Of a DNA stretch of 64,000 nt, positions 50,063 through 60,738 are shown one piece after another; the first letter of the stretch is position 1, and each line of letters opens with the position of its first letter. The position numbers were made by a program, and so were the translations under genes. The DNA comes from an uncultured Poribacteria bacterium (GTDB lineage Bacteria > Poribacteria > WGA-4E > WGA-3G), in the NCBI GenBank assembly GCA_958296135.2, contig CATQHZ020000001.1, positions 2,496,001 to 2,560,000 of the forward strand, read 5' to 3'. Under the pieces are notes generated by a model that made no database searches, was not told the DNA's origin, and worked only from the letters and a program-made list of their open reading frames with translations.

Positions 50063-51568
50063 TTACTTTCTCCAAAAATTGGGAGAAAACAGAATCAGCA
50101 CCGTATAGAGCTCCAAACGTCCCAAGAGCATGCAGAAAGACAAGATAAACTTTCCAGCGGTGTGAATATGCGCATAGTTATCGGTGGGCCCGACTGTGCC
50201 GAGCCCCGGCCCGATGTTGCCCATCGTCGCAATGGTGCAACCGGCTGCACTTACCAGATCCATCCCTAGCGTCGCCATCACGCACGTCACAATAGCAAAA
50301 ATTCCGATAAAAAAGAAGAAAAATCCGAGGACATTCGTCATCACCTCCGGCGGCACGATTCTGTCGTTAATCCGAATCGGAAGCACCGCGTGCGGGAAAA
50401 TGAGCCGTTTGATTTCCGCGCCGCTCTGTTTAATCAGCAGCAGGAACCGCACCTGCTTTATCCCGCCGCCGGTTGAGCCCGCGCACCCACCGTAAAACAT
50501 GAGCGTCACGAGGATGAATTGGGACAGGTAGGGCCACTTTTCAAAATCAGCCGTGCCGTAGCCTGTCGTCGTGATAATCGAGAGCACTTGGAAGGTAGCA
50601 TCGCGCAACGATGGCCACATTGAATCGTACGGAATCTGCCCCTCAAACTGAAGAGTGACGGTACTCCACGAGACTAAGACGATGCTGAGGACGATGACGA
50701 CACAATAAAAACGGAACTCGGTATCTTGGAAATATGCCTTGAAATCGCCGCGAAGCATGCGGTAGTGTAGAGCAAAATTGGTGCCGGCGAGGAACATAAA
50801 GCAACAGATAACCATGTCCACATAGACGCTATTGTAATGCGCGATACTGAGGTTTTTTGTGGAAAACCCCCCGGTCGCCATCGTGCCAAAGGTGTGGCAC
50901 AGCGCGTCAAAGAGCGGCATCCCGCCAAACATCAGCAGCGCCGCTTCAACGACAGAAAGGAGAACATAAACGCCCCAGAGCAGTTTGGCAGTCTGCGTGA
51001 TGCGCGGCGTGAGCCGGTCTGTCTGCGGACCGGGGGCCTCGGCGCGAAAGAGCTGCATCCCGCCAACACCGAGCATCGGCAGAATGGCTACCGCGAAGAC
51101 AACGATGCCCATTCCGCCAAGCCAGTGAGAGAAACTCCGCCAAAATAAGACAGCGTGAGAGAGATGCTCAATCTCAGTGAGAACGGTTGCGCCCGTAGTT
51201 GAAAACCCGGACATCGACTCAAAATAGCAGAAGGAGAATTCTGTCCACCGCGTGCGGCCCTCTGCTTCAAACACATCTGCAATGAGGTAAGGAAACGCGC
51301 CGAAGAGCGCAACGCTTATCCATCCCAACGCCACGATAGCGAAACTCGCCCGGATGCCGAGTTCCTGATGTTGCCGCCGAACACTGAAACGGAGAATTAA
51401 CCCCACGACTAAGGTAAGCACCGCGGAGATGGCGAACGCAGCCAGATCGGTTTCAGGTTCACCAGCCGCCGCTTGATAATAGATAGCCACCCCCAAAGGC
51501 AATAGCATAGTGCCAGCGAGCGACATTAATAAATTGCCGAGGGTGTGAAAAATGAGTTTACGACTCAT
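50063..51568 (-). CDS. trkH: Trk potassium uptake membrane protein
   Basis: FESMSGFSTTGAT, ATGGFS, TTTGY, GSTGGGIK, GNIGPG, LLGRLE. Confidence 0.95.
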   Translation of the reverse strand: MSRKLIFHTLGNLLMSLAGTMLLPLGVAIYYQAAAGEPETDLAAFAISAVLTLVVGLILRFSVRRQHQELGIRASFAIVALGWISVALFGAFPYLIADVFEAEGRTRWTEFSFCYFESMSGFSTTGATVLTEIEHLSHAVLFWRSFSHWLGGMGIVVFAVAILPMLGVGGMQLFRAEAPGPQTDRLTPRITQTAKLLWGVYVLLSVVEAALLMFGGMPLFDALCHTFGTMATGGFSTKNLSIAHYNSVYVDMVICCFMFLAGTNFALHYRMLRGDFKAYFQDTEFRFYCVVIVLSIVLVSWSTVTLQFEGQIPYDSMWPSLRDATFQVLSIITTTGYGTADFEKWPYLSQFILVTLMFYGGCAGSTGGGIKQVRFLLLIKQSGAEIKRLIFPHAVLPIRINDRIVPPEVMTNVLGFFFFFIGIFAIVTCVMATLGMDLVSAAGCTIATMGNIGPGLGTVGPTDNYAHIHTAGKFILSFCMLLGRLELYTVLILFSPNFWRK

Positions 51569-52980
51569 ATTTTTGGTCTACGTTCTTCAAACAGGTCTTC
51601 CACAGCCTGAATAGCGTTAGGCATACTGAACACAATAACCTTGTCTGCAGGTTGGATAACGCTCTGCCCGGTCGGAATAATCAGTTTGTCGCGCCGAATA
51701 ATAGCACCAATAAAGGCTTCCTGCGGAAATTTCGTCTTGAACGAAGAGAGCGCCTTGTGAACAATCTTGGCGTTGATGCCCGCCACAATTTCAATGACTT
51801 CAGCCTCTATCCCATGGAGCGAGGCGACAGAGACTATCTGCCCGCGGCGGATGAGGCGGAGAATGTCGCTGACGACAGAAAGATGGCGACTCACCGCGCC
51901 ATCAAGCCGCGGAATCCGCGCTAACAGCGGCAGATAGCGCGGTTGTTGAATCAGCGCGAGGGCCCGCTGCGCGCCATTCTCCTTCGCCATCATGCACGCC
52001 ATAATGTCGTTCTCATCGTCACCGGTGACAGAAACAAAACCGTTCACCTCCTCCACACCGGCCTCCTCAAGCAACCGGAATTGGAGGTAGTTACCGTGCA
52101 AAACAGTCGTGCGCCGCAAAAACTGCGATGCCAATTCGGCTCTCTTCTGGTCTGCCTCAATAAGCTTGACGTTGGTGTCATTTCGCTCTAATGCACTAGC
52201 GAGTTGGATGCCGATAGGGCTCGCACCGACGATGATAACACGTTCCAAGTGTTCGTTAAACATGATGCCGCTGAGGCGGAGCAGCTGCTCCACGGCGACA
52301 GCACTACCGATGACAAACACATCATCGCCTTGTTGCAAGACATCTGCCCCTCTAGGAATGATAATGTAGCGAGACGCTTCCCCCGGATGCACTCTTTCCT
52401 CGGGACGCTTCCGCCGGTGAATAGCGGCAAATCGGATATCCGCCAACAACCCGCTTTTGTCCAATTCGGCCAGGGATCTCCCAATGAACGGGTTCGTCTG
52501 CTTCACGCGAAAGGAGACAAGCTGCACCTTGCCATCTTCAAACTCAACAACCTCCCGCGCTTCAGGTGTCTTAAGCAACCGGACAAATTCGGCAACACAC
52601 AACTGCTCTGGATTAATCAGCAAATCGATGCCGAAATCCTTGGGCGCGATCCCGTTGCCTGACATAAAATAGTCAGGATTGGAAACGCGAGCGATTTTGG
52701 GGCAACGCGTATACATGTTGGCTATCTGGCACGCCAGCATGTTAATTTCATCGCTGCTGGTAACCGCGATGAAGATGTCTGCTTCTTCCACTCCCGCGGC
52801 CTTGATGAGGCGCGGCGAAGCACCGGGACCGCAAAACGTTTGCATGTCCAATTGCTCGTTCACTCGCTGGCATGCTTCTTTGGATTCGTCAATCAGCACG
52901 ACATCGTTGTCTTCTTCAAGTGTCAAGAGTTTGGCGGTATGAAATCCAACTTCTCCCGCCCCGATAATTATTGCCTTCAT
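51565..52980 (-). CDS. trkA: Trk potassium uptake protein TrkA
   Basis: MKAIIIGAGEVG, AVTSSDEIN, two RCK domains. Confidence 0.93.
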   Translation of the reverse strand: MKAIIIGAGEVGFHTAKLLTLEEDNDVVLIDESKEACQRVNEQLDMQTFCGPGASPRLIKAAGVEEADIFIAVTSSDEINMLACQIANMYTRCPKIARVSNPDYFMSGNGIAPKDFGIDLLINPEQLCVAEFVRLLKTPEAREVVEFEDGKVQLVSFRVKQTNPFIGRSLAELDKSGLLADIRFAAIHRRKRPEERVHPGEASRYIIIPRGADVLQQGDDVFVIGSAVAVEQLLRLSGIMFNEHLERVIIVGASPIGIQLASALERNDTNVKLIEADQKRAELASQFLRRTTVLHGNYLQFRLLEEAGVEEVNGFVSVTGDDENDIMACMMAKENGAQRALALIQQPRYLPLLARIPRLDGAVSRHLSVVSDILRLIRRGQIVSVASLHGIEAEVIEIVAGINAKIVHKALSSFKTKFPQEAFIGAIIRRDKLIIPTGQSVIQPADKVIVFSMPNAIQAVEDLFEERRPKI

Positions 52981-53024
52981 TCTTCTCGTCTGTTTGCGCA
53001 GGCTAATCGGATTAGCACTGCTTT

Positions 53025-55967
53025 TTACGGATAATATGCCGCAATTGGAGGACAGGTACAAACAAGATTCCTGTCTCCCTGGACTTCGTTAATGCGAGCA
53101 ACAGCGGGCCAAAATTTATGTTCGCGTACCCACGGCACCGGAAAAGCGGCCGCCTCGCGCGTGTAAGGATGCGGCCACTCTGTCTGTGTAACCCTATCTA
53201 CCGTGTGAGGCGCGTTTTTGAGAACGTTGTCTTGCCTATCCGCGGCACCCCTCTCAATCTCGGCCAACTCCCCGCGGATGCAAATGAGCGCATCACAGAA
53301 ACGCTCAAGCTCCGCGCGCGATTCGCTCTCTGTCGGCTCAATCATCATCGTGCCGGGGACGGGCCAGGAAACGGTAGGCGCGTGAAACCCATAGTCCATC
53401 AGCCGTTTTGCCACATCGGTTACGTCTACATCCGCGCTCTTCTTAAAGTCGCGCAAATCGATGATGCATTCGTGTGCAACGCGCCCATTCTTCCCGGTAT
53501 AGAGGATAGGATAGTGCCCTTCCAACCGCTTCGCAATGTAGTTGGCGTTAAGAATAGCCACCTCTGTCGCGGCCTTGAGCCCCGCTGCGCCCATCATAGC
53601 GATGTATGCCCATGAAATCGGTAGGATGCCGGGACTTCCCCACGGTGCCGCTGAGACAGGGCCGATACCATCGTCGCCGGTAGGTGCACCATTTCGTGGA
53701 AAAAGCGAGCGCGCTGAAACAATTGGATGCGTCGGCAAAAAATCAACGAGATGCGCTTTCACCCCAATCGGCCCCATCCCCGGGCCGCCACCACCGTGCG
53801 GGATGCAGAACGTTTTGTGGAGATTGAGATGACACACATCGGTGCCGATATCCGCAGGGCGGCTGAGCCCAACCAGCGCGTTGAGATTCGCACCATCCAT
53901 GTAAACTTGCCCACCCGCCTGATGGACAATGTCGCATATCTCGCGAATCTCTTTTTCAAACACGCCGTGCGTTGACGGATACGTAAGCATCGCGGCGGCA
54001 AGCGTCTCGCGATAAATCTCTGCCTTCTGACGCAGCTCTGCCAAGTCTACGTTACCTGCCGCATCGCATGCCACTACGACAACTTGCATCCCTGCCATAA
54101 CAGCGCTCGCAGGGTTCGTGCCGTGCGCGGACGTAGGAATTAAGCAGACGTTACGATGCGCCTCGTTTCGGCTGTGGTGATATTTACGGATAACTAACAA
54201 ACCGGCATACTCCCCCTGCGAACCGGCGTTCGGTTGCAATGAGATACCGCTGTAGCCGGTTATCGCTGCCAACCATGTCTCCAATTGTTCAAACAAAGCA
54301 TGATAACCTTTCGCCTGTTCGGCGGGCACGAACGGGTGAATATCGCTGAATTCCGGCCACGTGACTGGCATCATCTCCGCCGTAGCGTTAAGTTTCATCG
54401 TGCAAGAACCGAGCGGAATCATGGCATTGACTAAAGAGAGATCTTTCGCTTGGAGTTTGTGGATATACCGCAGCATCTCCGTCTCGGAGTGGTAACTATT
54501 GAAAACGGGATGCGTGAGGTATTTCGTATTTCGCAACGCGTTCAATGCTGTACAGGCGTAACCGTAACCGTTGTCGATGCCTACGTCTTCGGTGAGCGTG
54601 GGAAAAATTGCGAGGAGTTCCTCAACATCAGCGGCTGTCGTTGTCTCATCTAACGCAACACCGATATGCGTTGCATCGATAGGCCGGAGATTTATCGCCT
54701 TCGCGCGGGCGGCAGCGTGAATTTCTTCCGCGGTAGGCGTGTGGACGCAGAGCGTGTCAAAACAAGGCGCATCACCTGTCGCATATCCCAACTTTTCAAG
54801 GCCCGTGCGTAGCATGCAAGTCAAGGCGTGAACGCGTTCCGCAATTCGCTTGAGTCCCATCGGCCCGTGATAGACAGCATACATCCCTGCCATGACAGCG
54901 AGTAGCACTTGCGCGGTGCAAATGTTGCTCGTCGCCTTTTCACGGCGGATATGCTGTTCTCGCGTTTGGAGTGCCAATCGGATGGCTGGTTTCCCAGTGA
55001 CATCGTGCGAGACACCGGCGATGCGCCCGGGGATACGGCGTTTGAGCTCATCGCGCGTGGAGAGAAAGGCGGCGTGCGGGCCGCCATAGCCGAGCGGCAC
55101 GCCGAAGCGTTGCGCGCTACCGATGGCGATATCAGCACCGAACTCGCCGGGGGGGTTCAGAAGCGTGAGTGCAAGCAAATCTGTCGCAGTAATGAACAAG
55201 CCACCGGCGTTATGAACCTGTTCGGCGAAGCCACCGTAGTCATAAATCGTACCATCTGTCGCAGGGTACTGGACAATCGCACCGAGAATCGGTTCATCGA
55301 AATCCACGTCACGGTGATTCCCAATCTGCAATCGGATGCCGAGGGGTTCGGCCCGCGTCTGCAACACCGCGATTGTCTGGGGATGACACGTCTCCGAGAC
55401 GAAAAAGATACCCGCCTCTTTCCGCCGCCGGGCCGCGGCGAGACACATACCCATCGCCTCGGCGGCGGCGGTTGCTTCGTCTAATAGCGAGGCATTCGCG
55501 ATGGGGAGCCCCGTCAAGTCACTCACCATCGTCTGAAAATTGAGCAACGCCTCCAGCCGCCCTTGCGAAATTTCCGCCTGATAAGGGGTATAGTGCGTAT
55601 ACCACCCCGGATTCTCAAGAATATTTCGCTGGATAACCGGCGGCACGATGCAGTTATAGTAACCCATGCCAATATAGGAACGGTAGACTTGCCCACAACT
55701 ACTCAAATTACCCGCAGCGAGCCGCTTTAATGCCGCAAGTACCTCGGATTCCGAGAGTCCTCGCGCCCCCATCAACCCGGGAGACAGCTCCGTCTGTCCT
55801 GATATTTTCAGATTCAACGGCGACGCGATGCGAATGTCCTCTGGGACAACGTCGTCAATGAACGCATCCATTGAAGCGTAACCGAGGACAGCTAACATCT
55901 CCGTGAGGTCTTCGTTGCGAGGGCCGATGTGGCGATTAGCGAAGGTAACAGTCATCTGATGCCTCAA
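53025..55967 (-). CDS. gcvP: Glycine dehydrogenase (decarboxylating), P protein
   Basis: [52 protein letters not shown]. Confidence 0.98.
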   Translation of the reverse strand: MRHQMTVTFANRHIGPRNEDLTEMLAVLGYASMDAFIDDVVPEDIRIASPLNLKISGQTELSPGLMGARGLSESEVLAALKRLAAGNLSSCGQVYRSYIGMGYYNCIVPPVIQRNILENPGWYTHYTPYQAEISQGRLEALLNFQTMVSDLTGLPIANASLLDEATAAAEAMGMCLAAARRRKEAGIFFVSETCHPQTIAVLQTRAEPLGIRLQIGNHRDVDFDEPILGAIVQYPATDGTIYDYGGFAEQVHNAGGLFITATDLLALTLLNPPGEFGADIAIGSAQRFGVPLGYGGPHAAFLSTRDELKRRIPGRIAGVSHDVTGKPAIRLALQTREQHIRREKATSNICTAQVLLAVMAGMYAVYHGPMGLKRIAERVHALTCMLRTGLEKLGYATGDAPCFDTLCVHTPTAEEIHAAARAKAINLRPIDATHIGVALDETTTAADVEELLAIFPTLTEDVGIDNGYGYACTALNALRNTKYLTHPVFNSYHSETEMLRYIHKLQAKDLSLVNAMIPLGSCTMKLNATAEMMPVTWPEFSDIHPFVPAEQAKGYHALFEQLETWLAAITGYSGISLQPNAGSQGEYAGLLVIRKYHHSRNEAHRNVCLIPTSAHGTNPASAVMAGMQVVVVACDAAGNVDLAELRQKAEIYRETLAAAMLTYPSTHGVFEKEIREICDIVHQAGGQVYMDGANLNALVGLSRPADIGTDVCHLNLHKTFCIPHGGGGPGMGPIGVKAHLVDFLPTHPIVSARSLFPRNGAPTGDDGIGPVSAAPWGSPGILPISWAYIAMMGAAGLKAATEVAILNANYIAKRLEGHYPILYTGKNGRVAHECIIDLRDFKKSADVDVTDVAKRLMDYGFHAPTVSWPVPGTMMIEPTESESRAELERFCDALICIRGELAEIERGAADRQDNVLKNAPHTVDRVTQTEWPHPYTREAAAFPVPWVREHKFWPAVARINEVQGDRNLVCTCPPIAAYYP

Positions 55968-56347
55968 TTCTCATCCGCAATGTGTGCTTGATAACTATCT
56001 GCATCAAGAAGTGCCCCAAGTTCCGCAGGCGCGGCCATGCGGATTTTTATCAACCACCCGTCTTCGTAAGGCGAGATATTGACATGTTCCGGCGCATCAA
56101 CCAGCATGTCATTAACAGCGATAACCTCACCGCTGACAGGCGCGTAAAGGTCGAAGGCGGCTTTAACCGATTCTATCACGCCGAATTCGGTTTTCTGTCT
56201 GACATGCATGCCGACTTCTGGCAACTCAACGTAGACAATATCCTGAATCTCTGCCTGGGCGTAATCGGTAATGCCGATGGTGGCGACATCCTCTTCCTGC
56301 CGCGCCCATTCGTGGCTTTCCATGTATCTCAAATTTTGTGGAAACAT
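55964..56347 (-). CDS. gcvH: Glycine cleavage system H protein
   Basis: [17 protein letters not shown] (lipoyl Lys), PYEDGWL. Confidence 0.97.
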   Translation of the reverse strand: MFPQNLRYMESHEWARQEEDVATIGITDYAQAEIQDIVYVELPEVGMHVRQKTEFGVIESVKAAFDLYAPVSGEVIAVNDMLVDAPEHVNISPYEDGWLIKIRMAAPAELGALLDADSYQAHIADEN

Positions 56348-56509
56348 CGCATTTTGCCCCGCTCACAGGGGCATCTTCCTTTCATCCTGAGCACGATACC
56401 GCGCAGCGTGTGCGGCTAACCGTTCCTCTGATGTCAAGTTTTTCAAGACCGGAGCCCCCAGTCTCACCAAGTCCTCTTTCACCTCATTCACCCGATATCG
56501 GTTTTTAAT

Positions 56510-56538
56510 ATGTTAACACATATCAAAACCCATGTCAA
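56510..56538 (-). promoter_or_regulatory. Internal sigma-70 promoter upstream of gcvH
   Basis: TTGACA-N17-TAACAT. Confidence 0.55.
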
Positions 56539-56540
56539 AT

Positions 56541-57668
56541 TCATTCTCCGCGATAAAAAGGCACCTTGACAATCTCCGCCGGGCGCAGTTTGCCCCGAAT
56601 CTCAATATCAATGGCTTTGTAGCGAGCGCGAGGGACAGGCCCGCGCGCTACGATAGAATTTGAACGGTTGTCACGAGACACCGTAATGCTGGCAAACCCA
56701 ATGTTGCACTTAAGAGTCGGCGAAGGGGCACCACTTGTCACCGTGCCGATGCGCGCGCCATGCTGATACACCGCGTAACCGGCACGCGCGACTGCCCGGT
56801 CGCGCATCTGAAATCCTACCAATCGCCGCGCAACCCCGCTTTCTTTCTGTGCGAGAAGCGCGTCGCTACCGATAAATTCTCCCTTATCTAACTTAACAAA
56901 CCGACTGAGGCCGGCTTCAAGGGGAGTTGTCTGTTCGTCCATGTCCATGCCATATAAACGGAGTCCTGCTTCAAGCCGCAGCGTATCGCGCGCGCCGAGC
57001 CCAACCGGCAACCCACCTGCCGCTGTCACCGCCGGATAGAGGATATGCCAGAGCTCTTTGCCATCGGCGGCATTGACGTATAACTCAAATCCAACTTCAC
57101 CGGTGTAGCCGGTGCGCGAAATTAGCGCAGGAATATCGGCTATCCTGCTCTCCGTAAACCGGAAAAACGGAATCTCGGAAATATCCGCACCAGGCACCAA
57201 AGGATTCAGGATTTCAATTGCATTAGGGCCTTGTAGCGCGATGAGGACTGTGTCATTGCTCCGGTCTGCGAGGTTTACCCCAATGTCGTTGTGAGTTTCC
57301 ATCCACGCGAAATCTTTCGCAATATTGGCGGCGTTCACAACCAGCATGTAGCGCGTATCGGTAAAGCGGTAAACCAGAACATCGTCAACGGTGCCGCCCG
57401 TCTCATTGCAGAGGAGACTATACTGCGCTTGTCCATTTTTCAAACGGCTGCTGTCGTTGGTGGACAGCTTTTGTAGGAAGCGTCCCGCACCCTCTCCGCG
57501 AACCTCTATCTCTCCCATGTGCGACAAGTCAAACAATCCGACAGAGGCCCGCACGGCGAGATGTTCGGCGACAATGCTACTATATTGGAGCGGCATCGCC
57601 CACCCACCGAATTCTGTCCATTTGGCGTTAAGCGCGCGATGAATGTCATAAAGCGGTGTCCGTTTCAT
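56541..57668 (-). CDS. gcvT: Glycine cleavage system aminomethyltransferase T
   Basis: KRTPLY, FDLSHMG, SRTGYTGE.GFE, GLGARDTLRLEAG. Confidence 0.97.
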   Translation of the reverse strand: MKRTPLYDIHRALNAKWTEFGGWAMPLQYSSIVAEHLAVRASVGLFDLSHMGEIEVRGEGAGRFLQKLSTNDSSRLKNGQAQYSLLCNETGGTVDDVLVYRFTDTRYMLVVNAANIAKDFAWMETHNDIGVNLADRSNDTVLIALQGPNAIEILNPLVPGADISEIPFFRFTESRIADIPALISRTGYTGEVGFELYVNAADGKELWHILYPAVTAAGGLPVGLGARDTLRLEAGLRLYGMDMDEQTTPLEAGLSRFVKLDKGEFIGSDALLAQKESGVARRLVGFQMRDRAVARAGYAVYQHGARIGTVTSGAPSPTLKCNIGFASITVSRDNRSNSIVARGPVPRARYKAIDIEIRGKLRPAEIVKVPFYRGE

Positions 57669-57712
57669 TACTGCTGTCCCTTTGCCAAGCAAGAGTCTGG
57701 CGAATCCTCTGT

Positions 57713-58216
57713 TTATCCAGGAATTTGATAGAGGAGCCGATTCTCTGACTGCAGCCAGCCTTCGGGCTTGGAAACGATGGCGAACTCCGCCCGATACCCT
57801 GATGTCCGAGTCCTCCAAGTGCGTAGTTCCACACCAAAAAATCTGAACCGTTCCTCCGTTATCTCGTTCTGCCAGTCCAGCGTTGCACGGTGCTCACGCC
57901 GGAATTCTGTGGCCACCCAAATGACAGTAACAGCCTGCAACCCCGCCGCGTACGTCAGCACTTGACCGAGGTGCGAATGGTCAGAACGCGTCAACTGGTT
58001 TTCAATCACCACACGGGAGTTATCTGCAGCGTTACGACACACCAAATCGGCTCTGAATTCTCCGACGCTTTTTTCACGTGCTTCAAATGCCAATTCCATC
58101 TTCAGGGATTCGGCGAGGCAAGACAGATTCTCGGCTAGCCATGGCGTAAAGTTATGTGCTTCATGTAGCCAGAACTCGCGAGGCGGCCGTCTCTCCCTCA
58201 AGGAAAGTTGAGACAT
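57713..58216 (-). CDS. Nuclease-like N-terminal domain of DUF4268-family proteins (C-terminally short)
   Basis: W.HEA..FTPWLAEN, RADLVC...VVIENQL..SDH.HLGQ.LTYAAG. Confidence 0.75.
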   Translation of the reverse strand: MSQLSLRERRPPREFWLHEAHNFTPWLAENLSCLAESLKMELAFEAREKSVGEFRADLVCRNAADNSRVVIENQLTRSDHSHLGQVLTYAAGLQAVTVIWVATEFRREHRATLDWQNEITEERFRFFGVELRTWRTRTSGYRAEFAIVSKPEGWLQSENRLLYQIPG

Positions 58217-59217
58217 CAGTTGCTGCCCTCCCCCGATTCGTCAAGTTCCTTAAGTTTATATTCAATGTAAGATTGGTGCATTGCATCGCCCGCTGTGAGC
58301 GCGAGTTTCAGGGCTATCTCTAAATCCACTTTTGCCTCCGCATCGCGGCCCCAGCGGAGTTTCTCCTCGGCGCGATAGGTGTACGGCTGTGCAAGCCCCG
58401 CATCTACCCGTATTGCTTCTTCGTAGTCGGCAAAGGCCGCATCATTTTTCCCCAACGAGTCTTTAGTCAACCCCCGATTGGTATAATACACCGCATTGCT
58501 CGGCTCAAGACGAATCGCCTCGTCATAATCGGCAACGGAAGCTTCATACTGCCCAAGAAAGAACTTTAACTCCCCGCGATAGTGATAAACCATCGGCATC
58601 GCCGGGTTAAGACGCAGTGCCGCGTCAAAATCCGCAAGGGCAGCTGCATCGTCGCCTTGCAGCATCTTCGAGAACCCCCGGTTCGCGTACATCTCCGCGC
58701 ACTGCGGACTTAACCGGAGCGCAACCTCGTGGTCTGCCAAGGCAGCCTCGTGCTGCCCAAGCCCCGATTTCGCAATACCCCGAGCCGAATACGCCGCCGA
58801 AACACTCGCATCAAGACTGAGAGCCTGCTCTAAGTCGGCGAGAGCCGCTTCATACTGCGCCAAGGCGTTCTTCGCCTTACCTCGATGCAGATACACCGCC
58901 GCATCCCCCAACCGCAGCCGAATCGCATTATCGTAAGCAGCAACTGCATCTGTGTCCTTACCAGCTGCTGAAAGGAGCAAACCAGCCTGAAACCATGCAC
59001 GCGCTGCCAAAGTGTCATCTGTGCCTTCAACAAGAATAGCAAGGGCACGCCACTTCTCAATGGCGGCCGATATCTCACCGGCCGCCTGGAATGCCTGCGC
59101 ATCCGCAATCGCCTGCTCCACCAAAGACACGGACGATGGAAAAACAGAACCCAACGCCGATTCCGCGACGGTTTGCGCGTTTTGCCCAGGGGAGGGAGTT
59201 GTCGATTTCGTTGCCAT
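58216..59217 (-). CDS. Tetratricopeptide repeat protein
   Basis: Repeated Y.NRG..K..LG....A.AD...A.RL.P units. Confidence 0.88.
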   Translation of the reverse strand: MATKSTTPSPGQNAQTVAESALGSVFPSSVSLVEQAIADAQAFQAAGEISAAIEKWRALAILVEGTDDTLAARAWFQAGLLLSAAGKDTDAVAAYDNAIRLRLGDAAVYLHRGKAKNALAQYEAALADLEQALSLDASVSAAYSARGIAKSGLGQHEAALADHEVALRLSPQCAEMYANRGFSKMLQGDDAAALADFDAALRLNPAMPMVYHYRGELKFFLGQYEASVADYDEAIRLEPSNAVYYTNRGLTKDSLGKNDAAFADYEEAIRVDAGLAQPYTYRAEEKLRWGRDAEAKVDLEIALKLALTAGDAMHQSYIEYKLKELDESGEGSN

Positions 59218-59242
59218 GGTTTTACCTACTTTCTCCTCATCC

Positions 59243-59737
59243 CTAGATGAGGTACCGGCGGGTTCCTTCAGACTGCGTCCAACTTTCAGGTCTGGCAATA
59301 ATAGCAAACTCCACATAGCGCGAAGCCTGATCTTGCCAAGTATGAAGTTCCACACCGAAAAACCTAAAACGTTCCTCCGTTATCTCATTCTGCCAGTCCA
59401 GCGTTGCACGGTGCTCATTTCTGAATTCCTCCGCTACCCAAATCACGGTGGCAGCCTGCAACCCCGCTGCATACGTCAGCACCTGTCCGAGGTGCAAATG
59501 GTCAGATTTTGTTAACTGATTCTCAATGACTACCCGGGAGTTATCCTGTCTATTCCGACAGACTAAATCCGCGCGGAACGCCCCAACACTTTTCTCACGC
59601 GCTTCAAATACCAATTCCATATTGAGCGATTCGGCAAGAAGCGGCAGGTTTTCGGCTAGCCACGGCGTAAAGTCACGCGCCTCATGTAACCAGAACGCGC
59701 GCGGCGGAACATTTTGAAATACGAGAGATGGAGACAT
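59243..59737 (-). CDS. Nuclease-like N-terminal domain of DUF4268-family proteins (copy 2)
   Basis: Paralog of 57713-58216 with the same motifs. Confidence 0.75.
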   Translation of the reverse strand: MSPSLVFQNVPPRAFWLHEARDFTPWLAENLPLLAESLNMELVFEAREKSVGAFRADLVCRNRQDNSRVVIENQLTKSDHLHLGQVLTYAAGLQAATVIWVAEEFRNEHRATLDWQNEITEERFRFFGVELHTWQDQASRYVEFAIIARPESWTQSEGTRRYLI

Positions 59738-60720
59738 CAAGGGTTGGCCTCCATCGGTTCATCCAATTGCTCCAGCCAATCCGCAACATAGGATTGGTGC
59801 GTCTCATCCCCTGCCGCGCACGCCAATTTCAGGGCCCTCTCTAAATCCACTCTGGCTTCCGCATCACGGCCTTCGCGGATTTTTACCCTGGCGCGGTGGG
59901 TGTAAGGATGCGCCAACTCTGGCTCGACACGAATGGCTTCTTCATAATCGGCGAGGGCCGCATCACGCTGTCCCAACGACTCTTTTGTCAACCCCCGATT
60001 GGTATAACTCACTGCATTTCTCGGATCCAGCCGAATCGCCGCGTCAAAATCGGAAAGAGCCGCCTCAGACTGACTCAGGAAGAACTTCAAATAGCCGCGG
60101 TGATGATAGGCCTCGGGCATCATTGGATTAAGACGCAGTGCCGCGTCAAAATCCGCAAGGGCAGCTGCATCGTCGCCTTGCAGCATCTTCGAGAACCCCC
60201 GATTCGCGTACATCTCCGCGCACTGCGGACTTAACCGGAGCGCAACCCCGTGGTCTGCCAAGGCAGCCTCGTGCTGCCCAAGCCCCGATTTCGCAATACC
60301 CCGAGCCGAATACGCCGCCGAAACACTCGCATCAAGACTGAGAGCCTGCTCTAAGTCGGCGAGAGCCGCTTCATACTGCGCCAAGGCGTTCTTCGCCTTA
60401 CCTCGATGCAGATACACCGCCGCATCCCCCAACCGCAGCCGAATCGCATTATCGTAAGCAGCAACTGCATCTGTGTCCTTACCAACTTCTGAAAGGAGCA
60501 AACCAGCCTGAAACCATGCACGCGCCGCCAAAGTGTCATCTGTGCCTTCAACAAGAATAGCAAGGGCACGCCACTTCTCAATGGCGGCCGATATCTCACC
60601 GGCCGCCTGGAATGCCTGCGCATCCGCAATCGCCTGCTCCACCAAAGACACGGACGATGGAAAAACAGAACCCAACGCCGCCGCAACGGGCGACAGGTTC
60701 TGTGTGGATTTAGTTGCCAT
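59737..60720 (-). CDS. Tetratricopeptide repeat protein (copy 2)
   Basis: Paralog of 58216-59217; ~550 bp nearly identical. Confidence 0.88.
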   Translation of the reverse strand: MATKSTQNLSPVAAALGSVFPSSVSLVEQAIADAQAFQAAGEISAAIEKWRALAILVEGTDDTLAARAWFQAGLLLSEVGKDTDAVAAYDNAIRLRLGDAAVYLHRGKAKNALAQYEAALADLEQALSLDASVSAAYSARGIAKSGLGQHEAALADHGVALRLSPQCAEMYANRGFSKMLQGDDAAALADFDAALRLNPMMPEAYHHRGYLKFFLSQSEAALSDFDAAIRLDPRNAVSYTNRGLTKESLGQRDAALADYEEAIRVEPELAHPYTHRARVKIREGRDAEARVDLERALKLACAAGDETHQSYVADWLEQLDEPMEANP

Positions 60721-60738
60721 GGTGCTCCTCCCGATGCG

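Noticed and set aside
56350-56500. Glycine riboswitch upstream of gcvH
   Set aside because: Conserved GGAGA / CCGAAG / CUCUCAGG elements are not found in the expected order
57668-57818. Extended N-termini in the ORF track (gcvT, nuoB, nuoC, nuoF, trkA, atpZ, TPR)
   Set aside because: They overlap upstream genes or repeats; downstream ATGs match family N-termini
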